Positions 16,609 to 38,806 are shown, numbered from the stretch's first letter. The stretch is 64,000 bases of DNA from Scenedesmus sp. PABB004 (GCA_014905635.1 JABVCE010000012.1:248001-312000); one strand, 5' to 3'. A program made the numbers and translations. Notes: generated by a model from the letters alone, not told the origin.

Positions 16609-17853
16609 ATGTCTGCGCCGGCGGGCAAGCGGCGCGCCGGGCCGACCACGCGCGCACGGGCGGCTGCAGCACCGGCGGCGGGCGAGGCGCCTGGCGGCGC
16701 AGAGCCGGCGCCGAGGTGGGCGCGCTGCTGATGCTGGTGCCCCCTGGGTGGCGCTGCCTGGCCACGCTGCGCAGTAAGCCTCAGCTGGCTGCAGCAGGCG
16801 CCGCGCGCCGCCTCACCGTCGCACCCGCGCGCCCGCCCGCCCCGCCCACGTCGCCAGCAGCCCGCCCATGCTCTCTGCGCCGGCGGCCCGGTGGCGCGCC
16901 GGGCCGACCACGCGCGCGCGGGCGGCGGTCATCAGGAGGTGGGCGCAGCGCTGCTGTGGACCCCTGGCTGCCTCGCTAGATGGGTGCTGAGCACTCAGCC
17001 ACCGCAGCGGGCGCCGCCTGTCGCCTGACGCCCCGGCGCCGCTGCCCGCTCGCCCCGCCGCAGCCTGCTGCCAGACCTGCCCGAGCCGCTCGTGCTCCAC
17101 ATCCTGAGCCTCTGGCCGCCGTCCCTGCGGGCGTGGTGCGCCAAGCTGGTCTGCAAGGCGGCGCGCGAGCGCTTCCGCGGCGCCAGGCGCGTCTCGCTGT
17201 GCTGCCCCGAGCTGCCGCTGGCGGCGGTGCAGGAGGCGTGGGGGGCGATGCAGGGTGATCGGTGGCAGCAGATGGGGCTGGCCGAGGCGCGCGCGGCGTG
17301 CGGCGACGTGGCGGGCCTGGTCTGGCTGCGCGGCGCGGGCTGCGACGTGCATATGATGCATCGCGCGTGCATGGAAGCAGCGCACTTCGGCCAGATCGCC
17401 GTGCTGGAGTGGGCGCACGGCGAGGGGGTGGACCTGCGGGGGGACGTGTGCCAAGTAGCAGCCGACAACGGGCAGCTGGGTGTGCTGCGCTGGGCGCGCG
17501 CGCAGACGCCGCCGCTGCCGTGGGGCCACGTGTGCTTCAGGGCTTCGCGGCGCGGCGACCTGGAGATGGTGCGCTGGGCGCGCAGCCAGGACGAGCCCGC
17601 GCCGTGGAGCGAGCACGTGTGCGGGACGGCGGCTATGCACGGGCACCTGGAGGCGCTGTGCTGGCTGCGCGCCAACGGCTGCCCGTGGGAGCGCGACTGG
17701 TGCGAGCGCGCGGCAGCACACAAGGGCCACGAGGCCGTGGCCGCGTGGGTCAGGGCGCAGCCGAGTGAGGTGCCAGGAGCAGTTGGCATGAGTGTTTCGG
17801 GAGCGGTTGGCAAGGACAGCGCGCACCTCAGCTCGGTCGTGGATCTGGATTAG
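16609..17853 (+). CDS. F-box/ankyrin-repeat cassette gene, copy 2 (duplicated first exon, extended C-terminus)
   Basis: Exons 16609..16715, 16861..16938, 17064..17853; LPDLPEPLVLHILSLWPP..AKLVCKAARERF; AAMHGHLEALCWLRANGCPW. Confidence 0.8.
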
Positions 17854-17965
17854 GGCGAGGCAAGGCAGGCGTGGCTGGGTGCATGCGCGGGGCGCGGTCT
17901 GCGGCATGGTGCGCGCGCGCGTGGGTGAGCAAGTTGACGCTGGCAGCGGCGCCCGGGCGGGGCGG

Positions 17966-18666
17966 CGCGCGCTGGCAACCAGCGTGACCGCGTGCGGCGC
18001 GCGCGTCGAGCGGGCCGCACGCACGCCCTGCCGCCGCCGGGGACTGGCGTTTGCCGCCCTGCGCTGCGCCACGCCGCGCCCGCCCGGCAGCAGCGCCACG
18101 CGGGCGGCGGTGCAGGGCCCAGGGCACAGGCGCTGCCCGGCCGGCTGCCCGCGCCGCCGCCGCCGAGGAGGCCCCCCGCGCGCGCCACCCCGCCGCCCAC
18201 ACCCGCCGCCCTCAGCGCCTCTCTGCCGCACACGCACGAACACAAGCGCCGGCCGCGCGGCCCACAGCTCCCGCACGCACCGCGCCGCCGCCGCACAGCG
18301 CCCGCCCGCTCGCCCGCGGCGCGCCCCTGGCCAGGCGGGGCGACGCGCGTCGGGCGCCTGACGGCCGGGCCGGTCCGCCCAGCGCACCGCAAGGCGAGCC
18401 GCGCGCGCGGGCGGGCGGGGAGGCAGCGGCGGGCGGCAGCGCTGCGCGGCGTCCGCTGCGGGCGGCGGGGGCACCGGCGGTGCGCGGTGGCGGGCGTGTG
18501 GCGTGGGCCGCCGGGCTTGCGTGCCTCGGGTGCCGCCGGCAGGCCCACCGCCGCGCCGCCGGGCCCGCGCCGGGGCGGGCGCGCGCTGCTGCTGCTGCGC
18601 TCACGCCGCCCGCCCGTTGCCGGCGCCTGCTGCTCTCTGGTGGCCTGTAGGCCCCCAGCACCCGCC
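17966..18666 (+). repeat. Conserved upstream non-coding module, copy 3
   Basis: Starts with GCGCGCTGGCAACC; shared blocks from about 18100. Confidence 0.85.
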
Positions 18667-19631
18667 ATGTCTGCTGCGCCGGCGGGCACGCGGCGCGCCG
18701 GGCCGACCACGCGTGCGCGGGCGGCCGCAGCGGCGGGCGAGGCGCCCGGCGGCGACGAGGCGGCGCCGAGGTGGGCGCGCAGCTGCTGCCACTGCTGGCG
18801 CCCCTGGATGTGACTGCCTGGCCAGGCGGGCGCTGAGCACTGAGCTGCAGCCAGCGCGCACCGTGCGCCGCCTCACCGCTGCACCCGCTCGCCCCGCCGC
18901 GCCGCCAGCAGCCCGCTGCCAGAGCTGGCCGAGTCCCTCGTGCTCCACGTCCTGAGCTTCCTGCCGCCGGCCCTGCAGGCGTGGGCCGCCAGGCTGGTCT
19001 GCAAGGCGGCGCGCGAGCGCTTCTGCGGTGCCACAGACGTCTCGCTGCGCTGCCCCGAGCTGCCGCTGGCGGCAGTGCAGGAGGCGTGGAGGGCGGTGCA
19101 GGGTGACGGGTGGCAGCAGCGGCGGCTGGCCAACGCGCGCGGGGCGTGCGGCGACGTGGCGGGGCTGGCCTGGCTGCGCGCCGCCGGCTGCAACATGGGC
19201 AGCGATGTGGGGTGCACAGCAGCATTTCGCGGCCAGCTCGCCGTGCTGGAGTGGGCGCGCGACAAGGGGCTGGACCTGGACGGCGTGTGCTGGGCAGCAG
19301 CCAACGGCGGGCAGATCGCCATGCTGCGCTGGGCGCGCGCGCAGTCGCCGCCGCTGCCCTGGGGGCCGACTGGGTGTGCTCTGAAGCTGCGGCGCACGGC
19401 GACCTAGAGATGCTGCGCTGGGTGCGCGGCCAGGCGGAGCCCGCGCCGTGGAGCGAGCACCTGTGCGGGACGGCGGCTCTGGACGGGCAGCTGGAGGCGC
19501 TGCGCTGGCTGCGCGCCAACGGCTGCCCGTGGCGGCGCGCTTCATGTGAGCAGCTGGCGGCTGGGCGTGGCCACGAGGCCGTGCTCGCGTGGATCCGGGC
19601 GCAGCCCGCGGCGCCGGACGACGGCGCTTAG
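18667..19631 (+). CDS. F-box/ankyrin-repeat cassette gene, copy 3 (1-bp frameshift in a G run near 19363; possible sequencing error)
   Basis: Exon 1 18667..18770, exon 2 from 18912 (SPLPELAESLVLHVLSFLPP); ankyrin repeats continue in a shifted frame (DWVCSEAAAHGDLEMLRW..GQLEALRWLRANGCPW). Confidence 0.75.
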
Positions 19632-19741
19632 CAGCAGCCCGTGTGAGCAGCCGCCCGCAGTGAGGAAACCAGCAAGTTTGACGCGCCGCCGCTGCCCGCG
19701 CACGAGTCGCGGTCCGCCGCCCGCGGGCAGCCCTTGCGTGG

Positions 19742-20592
19742 TCAGCCGCACAGCTCCGCCGACTGCTCCGCTGGCTGCTCTGCTAACGACGACGACGACG
19801 ACTGCTGCTGCTGCTGCTGCTGCTGCTCGTACACCAGCAGGACATGCGCGCCGGCTGCCAGCTGCGCCTGCAGCCACGCCCTCAGCCGCGCCGCGCCGCC
19901 GTCCGCCGCGTCGCACGGCGCCGCCACAAAGCTGGTCGGCGCTGGCAGCCGGCTGTCCAGGTTCCACCTGCGGCGGCCGCGGCGGCGGGACGGCCAGCTC
20001 GCCGTCGGGCCCCCCGCGCGCGCTGCCGCGGGCCCGCGCTGAGGCAGTGGCCTGCCGCCTCACCACTCGCCGCTGACGCGCTTGACGGCCAGCCAGTGGC
20101 AGCCGCCGGTCAGCCGCGCCAGCAGGCCCTGCCCCGGCACGTTGACGATGACGCCGGTCAGGCGCTGCTGCTGCTGAGACTGCTGCGACTGCTGCTGCGA
20201 CTGCTGTTGATCCACCCCCGGCGGCTGCTCCCCCGGCCGCTGGCCCGCCGCCCCCCGCTCCTGCTGGAGGTCGACGCCCGACAGCGCTGCGTCGCGCGCG
20301 TCGTGCCAGCGCACCTCCTGGGTGGGTGCGGAGGCGGCGCGCCGTCGCGCCGCGGCGCGCCGCCGCCGGCAGCTGCGGGTCGCCGCAGCGCCGCGGGCCG
20401 CCTCACCAGGCCCTGCTGCTCGAGCGCAGCAGCCAGAAGGTTGGCGTCCCAGTTGCCCAGCAGCCACGTGCGCGCCGCGCCCAGGCGGTCGCTGAGCGCG
20501 TTGAGCGCCGCCGCGTCAAACGCCGGCCGCTGCAGCAGGTTGTTCAGCGCGTGCAGCGCGCACTGCTGGCGGCGCTGGCGCTCGTGGTACAT
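19742..20592 (-). CDS. Josephin-domain deubiquitinase (JOSD type), 3 exons
   Basis: YHERQRRQQCALHALNNLLQ, GNWDANLL..AL, HWLAVKRV.GEW|WNLDSRL, giving the Cys-His-Asp triad. Confidence 0.88.
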
Positions 20593-20922
20593 CGTGTGGG
20601 GGGCCGGAGAATGCGGGAGCGCCGGCGCCGCGGGTGCGTGACGAGCAGCAGCGCCGCGTTTCTTTCAGCGTGCGCCGCCATGACACCCTCCTCCCGAGCT
20701 GCGATCGGCGCGCCGCGGTGGACGCGCCACACCGGCGCCAGCCGACCGGCGGCGCGCCACCGGCCGGGGCGCCGCACACGCCGCGCCACGCGCGCGCGAC
20801 CGGCGCCGCTGCCTCGAGGCAGCGGCCGCGGAGCTCCGCGGCCACACGCGCGCCGCCGCGCGCCAGCCGCCCGGGCGCGGCGCAGGGGCCGCTCCTGTGT
20901 GACCGCGCTGTGACCGCGCGCC

Positions 20923-23900
20923 ATGTCGGCCCCGCTGCACGCGGCGCTCGTGGGCGAGATGGAGCTCACGAGCGACGGCGGCGACGAGGTGCGCGCCGCA
21001 GCGCTCACCCGCCGCCCCCCGGCGCCTGGCGCGGCGCGGCGTTGCGCACGGGGCGGCGTAGTAGCCTGCCGTGCCGGCGCCGCGCTGCAGCGGCGGCGCG
21101 CCGTGCGGGCGTGGCCTCGCCGCCGCTGCCGCCCGCCGCGGCCGGCTGAGCGCCACCCGGCCCGCCGCCCGCCCTGTGCCTCCCGCTGCCCGTCACGCGT
21201 GCATCGCCAGTACGTGCCCGGGCCGCGCGACGCGGCCGCCGGCAGCGGCAGCGGCAGCGAGCTGGGCGGTAGCAGCAGCAGCGACGACGACGACGGCGAG
21301 GGCGTGGACGCGCTGGAGGTGGACGCGGAGCAGCTGCTGCGCGACGCGGGCGACTCGGGCAGCGACGGCGGCGAGGAGGACGAGGAGGACGAGGAGGAGG
21401 AGGAGGAGGCGGCGGCGCAGGAGGAGGACGAGGCGCCGCTCAGCCGCGCGCGCCTGCTGCGCCTGCTGTTTGGCGCCGCGCGCCGCAGCTCGCAGGACCA
21501 CGGCCGGCTCTTCCAGCGCCTGACGGGGCGCGTCGAGCCGCTGCGGGGGCCCCTCGCGGCGCAGCTCAATGCCAACACCTCGGCGCGCGACGTGGGGCAG
21601 GCCGGCCCCATCTGGGTGCGGAGAGGGGCCCGCGCCCGCGCCGCTCGCCCGCGGGGCGTGCCGCGCCGCGCCGCGCGCGCCGCGCCGCGCCGCACGCGCC
21701 GCGCGCGCCTGACGCGCCGTGCTGCCGCCGCGCCGCCGCGCTGCGCGCAGGCGTGCCTCGACACCGGCTTTGACAGCAGCCTGGCGCCGACGCATAGCAC
21801 GGAGCGGCAGCGCCAGCTGCTGCACGAGCAGCAGGCGCCCAGCCTGCGCGCGCTCAAGCGCCAGCGCACCGCCGCGGCGCAGGCGCGGGCGCGGGCGGGC
21901 GAGGCGCCGCGCGACGGCGACGCCGCGCCCGACCAGCAGCCGGCGGCGCCCGGCGGCGCGCTCACGCGCGCCGCGGCGCGCCGCGCGGCCGAGGCAGCGG
22001 CCGGCGGCGGCGGCGGCGGCGGCTCCGGCGCTGGCGCCGGTGGGGTCGGCGGCGCGCCCGCGCCCGCACCCGCCGGCGGCGGCTCCGGGGCCGGCGCCGG
22101 CGAGGCGGGCGGCGCGGCGACCGGGTTCACCCTGGTGAACACCGCCCAGATGCTCATCAAGCGCGAGGTCTCGCTCGGCCGCAACGTGGGCTTCAGCCGC
22201 GCGCAGCAGCGCCACCTCGCGTGCCACCGCGCGTTCCCGCTGCACCCCCACAAGGTGCGCTGGGCGCGCGCGCGGCGCGCGCGCTGCCGATGTCGTGCGC
22301 TGCCGCGCCCGCCCACACCGCGCGACGCACCACGCCGGCCGCGCCCGCCGCCGCGCGCCGCCAGGTGCGGGACAGCATGCCCAGCAGGGCCTACCTGGGG
22401 CAGTACTCGGACGGCGGCGACTTCTTCGTGGCCGCGTTCCAGGCGCGCGCGGGCTCGGCGGGGCGCCCAGGGCCTGGCGTGGCACCCAGGGTCCAGCAGG
22501 GCGCGGCGCGACGCCGGTGGCTCGGGGACCGGGGCCGCGCGGCGCTGTTAGCTGCTCTGCCTGAAACGCTGCCCGCCGCCGCCGGCGTGGCGCCGTGCTG
22601 CGTATGCGCCGCGTGCGCCGCGCAGGACCGGCGCGTGCGCCTGTACGACACGGCGGCGGGGTGGCGCCTGCGCAAGGACGTGACGACGCGCATGACGCGG
22701 TGGACCATCACCGACTCCTGCCTCTCGCCAGACAACCGACTGCTGGTGCGGCGGGCGCTGGGGTTTAGGGGTAGAACGGGGGGGGGGGGTCGCGCCCTCC
22801 GCCGCCGGAGCGCGCCGCGCGGCGCCTGTTGCTCCTCTCCCTCCGCCATACATGCCGCACGCACACCCCCCACACACTCGCTCCTCTCCCTCTCTGCCGC
22901 TCTCTCTTCCCCCCCTTTCCCCCCTCTTCCCCCCTCCCTCGTTCACCCGCCCGCCAGGTCTACGCGAGCATCAGCCCCGTCGCGTTTGTCGTCAACGTCG
23001 GCTCCTCCTGGGACGTCGTCGAGAGCGCGGCCAACATCACGGAGCTCCACGAGCCCCTCGCCGTCGACGGCTCCGCGGCGCCGCCCGGCGCCGGGGCCGG
23101 GGGCGGCGCGGAGCTGGGCGGCGGGCGTGACTTTGGCATCTGGTCCATTGCCTGGAGCCCCCAGGGGGGGCAGATCATCGCCGGTGTGCCGCGCCGCACC
23201 CCGCGCCCTCTGCTGCCGCCCCGCCGCGCCCGGCGCCGCCGCGCCCCTCGGGGCCGGCTCGCGCGCGGCGCACTCACACACAGCACACAAAGTCATGCCC
23301 ACACCCCGCGCGCCGCCGCCGCCGCCGCTGCCCAGGCACCAACGACCGCGCCGTGTATGTGTATGACGTGGAGAGCAAGGCCTGCCTCGCGCGCCTCACC
23401 GGTGCGCCGCGACGCAGCGCCGGTGCCGCGCTGCGCCCCGTCGCCGCGCCCCGCCCTGCCCGCCCGGCGCCCGGCGCCGCACATCGCCACGCCGCCGCCG
23501 CCGCCGCCGCCGCCGCCTGCCATGCCACGTGCCACTGCCAGGGCACGGGGACGACGTGAACGCCGTGGCCTACCTCGGCGGCGGCAGCCCGCACCTGCTG
23601 GTCAGCGGGAGCGACGACGAGATGGTGCGCCTGTGGGACGTGCGCGTGCGGTCCGCGTCCGGCCGCAACGTGCGCAAGCCGCAGGGCGTGCTCGTCGGTG
23701 AGCGGCGGCGCGCGCCCCGGGGCGGGGGGCCGGGGAGGGGGGGACGCGCCGGCTGCGCTCCGCGCCTCCGCGTCGTGCCGCGTCGCCGCCGCCGCGCCGC
23801 CGGCCGGCCGCTCGCGCCCCGACCGCGGCCCTGCCGCCGTGCGCCCGCCAAACCCCTGCCAGGCCACGTCGGGGGCGTGACGCACGTGTGCGCGCGCGGC

Positions 23901-24941
23901 GACGGCGTGCACGTGCTCTCCAACTCCAAGGACCAGACTGCGCGCCTCTGGGACGTGCGCGCCGCGCTCAGCGCGGCCGCCGCCGCCGACGCCGCGCGCG
24001 AGCGCCCGCCGCTTGAGCGGTGGGACTATCGGTGGGAGGAGAACCCGGGTGCGCGGGGCGCGGGCGGACGCTGCCGCAGCTGCCGCGCCTGCTGCGCGTG
24101 GGGCGGCGCGCCGCGCGCGCGCGGCTGCGTCCCCCGCCCGCCGACCCTCGCGCCGCCGCCGCCTGCTGTTCGCCCGCCGCCCGCCGCCGCTGCTGGTTGG
24201 CCGCAGCGTCTGGCTACAACGTGCGGCACCCGCGGGACGTCAGCCTCATGGCCTACAGGTGAGGGGCTGAGGGTTTAGGGGTATAGGAGGGGGTTTTAAA
24301 CCCTGACCCAGGTGACAATCAGGGGGGGCATCGACCGGGCGCTAGTGCAGGGCGTGGCGCTGCAGCCGCGGTGGGACGCGGTGGGGCGTGGTGCCAGAGA
24401 GCGTCGGCGAGCACGGCCGGGCGGTTGCGGCCCGCGCCGCGCTGACCCGCGCGGCGCCGCGCGCGCAGGGGCCACGGCGTGCTGCAGACGCTGGTGCGGG
24501 CCTACTTCAGCCCCGCGCACACCACGGGGCAACGCTACGTCTACGCCGGCAGCGCCGACGGCACCGTGCGCGCGTGGGACATCGTCAGCGGGCAGCAGGT
24601 GCGCGGCGGCGTCGGCTGCCGGCTGCCGGCTGCCGCGCGGCGCTCGCGCCGCCGCCGCCGGCTCGGCGCGCCCGGCTGCGCGCCGCCGCGCCCGCGCCGC
24701 CGACCGCGCCGCGCCGCCCGCCGTGCACGTGCGCCGCCGCGCCGCCGCGCCGCCGTCCGCGGGGTTGAAGGTCGCCGCGTTTGAGTATCACCGCGCGCTC
24801 GTGCGCGACGTGAGCTGGCACCCGTACGAGGCCGAGCTGACCAGCGTCAGCTGGGACGGCCGCGTCGTGAGCTGGGGCGTCGAGCCGCCCGCGGGCGGGC
24901 CGCTGCAGGCGGTGCGGGGCGACGTGGGTCGCTACTACTAG
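20923..24941 (+). CDS. DCAF11: DCAF11/WDR23 (plant LEC14B-like) WD40 protein, multi-exon
   Basis: SRAYLGQYSDGGDFFVAAFQ, WTITDSCLSPD, FGIWSIAWS, GHGDDVNAV, GHVGGVTH..RGDG..LSNSKDQTARLWDVR, WDYRW, GHGVLQTLVRAYFSP..TGQRYVY, VRDVSWHP. Confidence 0.9.
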
Positions 24942-25189
24942 CGGCGGCGGGGCCGCGGCGGCGCAGGCGCGGCAGGCGTTGCGTGAAGGGCGGGCGTTCC
25001 GGCAGCGGGCAGGAGGCAGGCGTGCGGCGTGCGCGCGCGCCCGACTGTACATTAGCAGCAGCAGCAGCAGCAGCGCGCGAGGATCGGAGGGCTTGATGCG
25101 GGCGGCGCGTGCGGCGGGCAGCACGGGGCGCGGCGGCGCGAAGGCGCGCGTCTTCGCCACGCGGACGGCGTGTGAGTTGTGGCAACCGG

Positions 25190-25800
25190 CAGACCGCGCA
25201 CGGCGCACGGCTGGGCCCGCCCGGCAGCGCTGGCAACACGCGGGCGGCGGTGCAGCGGCCAGGGCCCAGGCGCCGCCCGGCCGGCTGCCCGCGCCGCCGC
25301 CGAGGAGGCCCCCCGCGCGCGCCGCCCCGCCGCCCACAGCCGCCGCCCTCAGCGCCTCCCTGCCATACACACACGAGCGCCGGCCGCGGCCCACAGCTCG
25401 CCCACGCACACGTGCTGCCGCCGCCCAGCGCCCGCCCCCGCCCGCGGCGCGCCCCTGGCCAGGCGGGGCGCGGGCGCCTGACGGCCGGTCCATCCAGCGC
25501 AGCGCCAGGCGAGCCGCGCGCGCGGGCAGGCGGGGAGGGCAGCGGCGGCGGGCCGCGCTGCGCAGCGCCCGCTGCGGGCGGCGGGGGCACTGGCGGTGCG
25601 CGGCGGGCGGGCTTGTGGCGTGAGCCGCCGGGCCTGCGCGCCCTGGGCGCCGCTGGCAGGCCCGTTCCCGCGCCGCCGCATCCGGGGGCGGCGGCGGGCG
25701 CCGCGCCCTGCCGCTGCTGCGCTCACGCCGCCCCCGCGCTCACGCCCGCTGCTGGCGCCGCCTGCTGCTCCCTGCTGGCCCGCAGGCCCCAGGTGGCGTC
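25190..25800 (+). repeat. Conserved upstream non-coding module, copy 4
   Basis: GGCAACCGGC, then shared blocks including CCCCTGGCCAGGCGGGGCG. Confidence 0.85.
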
Positions 25801-26836
25801 ATGTCTGCGCCGGCGGGCAAGCGGCGCGGTGGGCCGACCACGCGCGCGCGGGCGGCCGCAGCGGCTGGCGAGGCACCCGGCGGCAACGAGGCAGCTCCGA
25901 GGTGGGCGCGCAGCCGCTGCTGTTGCCCGCCTGACTGGTGCCGCTGGCCAGGCGGGGGCTGCGCAGCGAGTCACAGCCAGCTGCAGCAGGCGCCGCGCGC
26001 CGCCTCACCGCCGCCCCGCGCCGCCCTGCCCAGCCCACGTCGCCAGCAGCCCGCTGCCAGAGCTGCCCGAGTCCCTCGTGCTCCACGCCCTGAGCTTCCT
26101 GCCGCCGGCCCTGTAGGCGTGGCGTGCCAAGCTGGTCTGCAAGGCGGCGCACGAGCGCTTCCGCGGCGCCACGGTCATCTCAGCGGACTGCCCCGAGCTG
26201 CCGCTGGCGGCGGTGCAGGAGGCGTGGCGGGCGGTGCAGGGTGATGGGTTGAAGCAGCTGTGCAAGCTCGCCACGGCACGCGCGGCGTGCGGCGACGTGG
26301 CGGGGCTGGCCTGGCTGCACGGCGCCGGCTGCGCCATGGACTGGGGCGTGGGCCGGGAAGCAGCACGCGCCGGCCAGATCGCCGTGCTGGAGTGGGCGCG
26401 CGACCAGGGGCTGTGCCTGCACTTTGTGTGCGAGGCAGCAGCCAAGGGCGGGCAGCGGGCGGTGCTGCGCTGGGCGCGCGCGCAGACGCCGCCGGTGCCG
26501 TGGGGTGACTGATGGTGTGGCGTGTTCTACCTGGCTGCACGACGCGGTGACCTGGAGATGCTGCGCTGGGCGCGCGCCCAGGCTGAGCCCGCGCCGTGGA
26601 GCGAGCACGTGTGGACGGCGGTTCTGGACGGGCAGCTGGAGCGCTGCGCTGGCTGCGCGCCAACGGCTGCCCGTGGGAGCGCGACTGGTGCGAGTCTGCG
26701 GCGGCAGACAACGGCCACGAGGCCATGACCGCGTGGATCCGGGCACAGCCCGCGGCGCCGGACGGCTGGGACTCGGACGAGGACGAGCAGGAGGAGGGGG
26801 AGGGGGACGACGAGGGTGGGCTGCACGGCGCTTTAG
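25801..26836 (+). pseudogene. F-box/ankyrin-repeat cassette gene, copy 4, pseudogenised
   Basis: Exon 1 25801..25901, exon 2 from 26050; CAG>TAG at 26114, TGA near 26510, frameshift near 26640; acidic tail DSDEDEQEEGEGDDE. Confidence 0.8.
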
Positions 26837-26980
26837 TGTTGTGCTGTCACAGAAGCCAGCGCGACTGCTGGCTTTGCGGTGCTGTGGTGGCGTGCGTGGC
26901 GGCGCGCTGCGTGCGGCGGGGCCATGGCGGCGGCGGTGCAGGCTCTTCAGCGCGCGCGTGTGCTGTCGAGGAGTGGGTGG

Positions 26981-27127
26981 CGCGCGCTGGCAACCGGCTG
27001 ACCGCGCGCCGCACGATCGGAGGCCCATGCGCGCTCGCTGCCGGGCACGCGCAGCACGGCCGCCGGCGCAGAGGCCCTCAGGACCCACGCCACGCGCGCA
27101 CGAGCGCCGGCCGCGGCCAATGGCTCC
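26981..27127 (+). repeat. Degenerate 5' fragment of the cassette module
   Basis: GCGCGCTGGCAACCGGCTGACCGCG and GCCCTCAG..GCACGAGCGCCGGCCGCGGCC match the module start. Confidence 0.6.
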
Positions 27128-27981
27128 ACACGGCGGGTGCCGCGGCCGTGTGGTGCGGCGGGTGCCGCCGCGGCGCGCGAAAGCCCTCGCCGCGCCCCAG
27201 GCCGCAGGCGGGGCGTGGTTCTGCGGGCGTCTCACTGGCCGCTGTGCGTCCCGCGCTGCGCGCCAGTCGCCGCGGCCGCGGGCTGGGCGCGCGGCGCGCG
27301 CGAGTTCGCCATCGCAAACGACCGCTGCCCAGAGCTCGCGTTCCGCCCGCGCCGTCTGCGCGCGCGGTGGTGAGTGCCCAGTGAGTTTTTGAACACTACC
27401 GGCCGTCCGAAGCGGCCGTGCGGGCGCCAGATAAGACGTTTCGGGATGTGCCAGGTTGACGCGACTGCGACTGTGCGACCCGCTGCTTGTGGCTCTCGCA
27501 TCCCCGCCGCCGCGCACGCTCCCACACTCTCCCTGCCTGGATTAGGGCCGGCCAACCCGTCCGCTGCGCGCGGAGAGCAGCGCCCGCTGCACGCCGGCCG
27601 CACCCCGCCTCCCCTCCTCCGCGGCGCACACGGTGCGGCCCGCGCGACGGCGCCAGCGCGCTCCTCAGGCCATCCCCTGCTCCTCCCGGCCTGCGGGGGC
27701 CGGCTCGGCGCTAGGGCGCGGCGCGCGCGGCGCGCGCGAGGTTGACGCGACGCGCGGAAAAAGCCGGCCCGCCGCTGCCTCTCGAGGGCACCGCGCCGGC
27801 GCGTCGGCGCCAGAGCGCCGCCGCAGCCGTCCGGGGCGGGCCGGGCGGCGCAGGCGGGCGGCGGCACCGGCCGGCCGCCGCTGCCGGCCGAAGCTGTCTC
27901 GGCGGCTGGCTGGCTGACGTTGCCCGCCGCCCGCCCCCGGCCTCCGCGCGCCGCAGCCCCCTGCCTCCCCCGCCGTACACC

Positions 27982-37668
<9,687 letters not shown>

Positions 37669-38430
37669 GCGCTGAGCTCGAGCGCGCGCGGCCCCGCGCG
37701 TGCCGCCTGGCGCCGGCGCCGGCGCCGGGCCGGCGGGCGGCGCGGACGCCGTCCGACCGGGAGCGCGCCGAGGCCGGCGCCCGGCGGCGCGTGCGCTGCG
37801 TGCTGGCGGCGCGCGCCTTGGAGCGCTTGGCCCCCATCAGAATGAACGGACGAACGACTGTTCGGACCGGCAGTCTCTCTGCCGCGGCAACCCCACAAAT
37901 AATTCCTCGCGCCCGTGCGGCGGCGCAGTGCCGACTTCATCAAGCGTGCCAACGCACTGCCCACAGCCCACGCCACCACTGGTGGTGTGCGGCGCCCACG
38001 GTATTGTGTGAGCCATGGGTTGTTCTATGGGGGGCGTCGAAATGATGGGGTGTCGTGGGGATGAATCATTCCCACCCTCCGTGCCTGTGGGGTCTGGCTG
38101 CACATGGGTGTCCGCACCGCCCACGGTACCGCTTATTGCGCGCATGCGGCCTCGTGTTCTCTTTGCTCCCGACTGCCGACTATCTGAGTGCGTCTCCTTG
38201 TGTGTGCGCACACGTTGCACCGGCGGCCGCCCGCTCGTGCCCTGTCCAGCCCGGACCACCACGCTTGTCCGTCCGTCTCAGCCACAGGCTGCGCGCGTTT
38301 GACCAGGGAACTTTCTGCACACGCAAGACAATGCACGCATGCGGGGCAGCCCTCCCCTGGGAGGGCTGTTGTGTGGGCACAACGCACGGGTTCGCTTCCT
38401 TCCTTGGGGGCGCGTTTTTCAATTGCCACG

Positions 38431-38716
38431 GGGAGTGCAGCCGAGCTGATCGGCCGACGGGGCTTTGACCATGATGAATGCATGCTTGCGGGCGACCCGC
38501 GTGCCCGCGCCTCAGCACTGTGCGCTGACTGGGGGGTAGGCAGCCGACGGCTGCCGAAGCTGGTCGGCTGCCGAAGCTGGTCGGCTGGGAGTGCAGCCTG
38601 TGGGAAGTGCAGCCGAGCTGATCGGCTGACGGGATGCAGCTGGGCTGACCAGGTGCTTTGACCAGATGATGAACGTATGCTTGCGGGCGACCGCGTGCCC
38701 GCGACTCAGCACTGTG
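38431..38716. repeat. Imperfect direct repeat (38431-38522 and 38602-38716) flanking a 17-bp tandem repeat, in a lower-GC island
   Basis: GTGCAGCCGAGCTGATCGGC..GCTTTGACCA(G)ATGATGAA..ATGCTTGCGGGCGACC..GCGTGCCCGCG..TCAGCACTGTG occurs twice; GGCTGCCGAAGCTGGTC twice in between. Confidence 0.85.
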
Positions 38717-38806
38717 GCGAAGGGATGCAACAGTTGTTTCTGGGATCGACGCCGCGGCGTGCGCGGCAGTGGGCGCGGGGTGCGTGGCGCGCGTCGCTGC
38801 GGCGCG

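Noticed and set aside
15983..16765. Antisense ORF family in the cassette leader (..WQGGAEGGGCGRR..GSRPGGACALGP..)
   Set aside because: It recurs only because the DNA is repeated; frames break differently in each copy and there is no conserved start
16034..19631. LTR or retrocopy interpretation of the repeated leader
   Set aside because: Introns are retained; no RT, integrase, poly(A) tail, TG..CA ends or TSDs seen; each leader is followed by its own gene
16609..24941. Ubiquitin-system cluster (F-box copies, Josephin, DCAF11)
   Set aside because: Other cassette copies flank unrelated genes, so the proximity is likely chance
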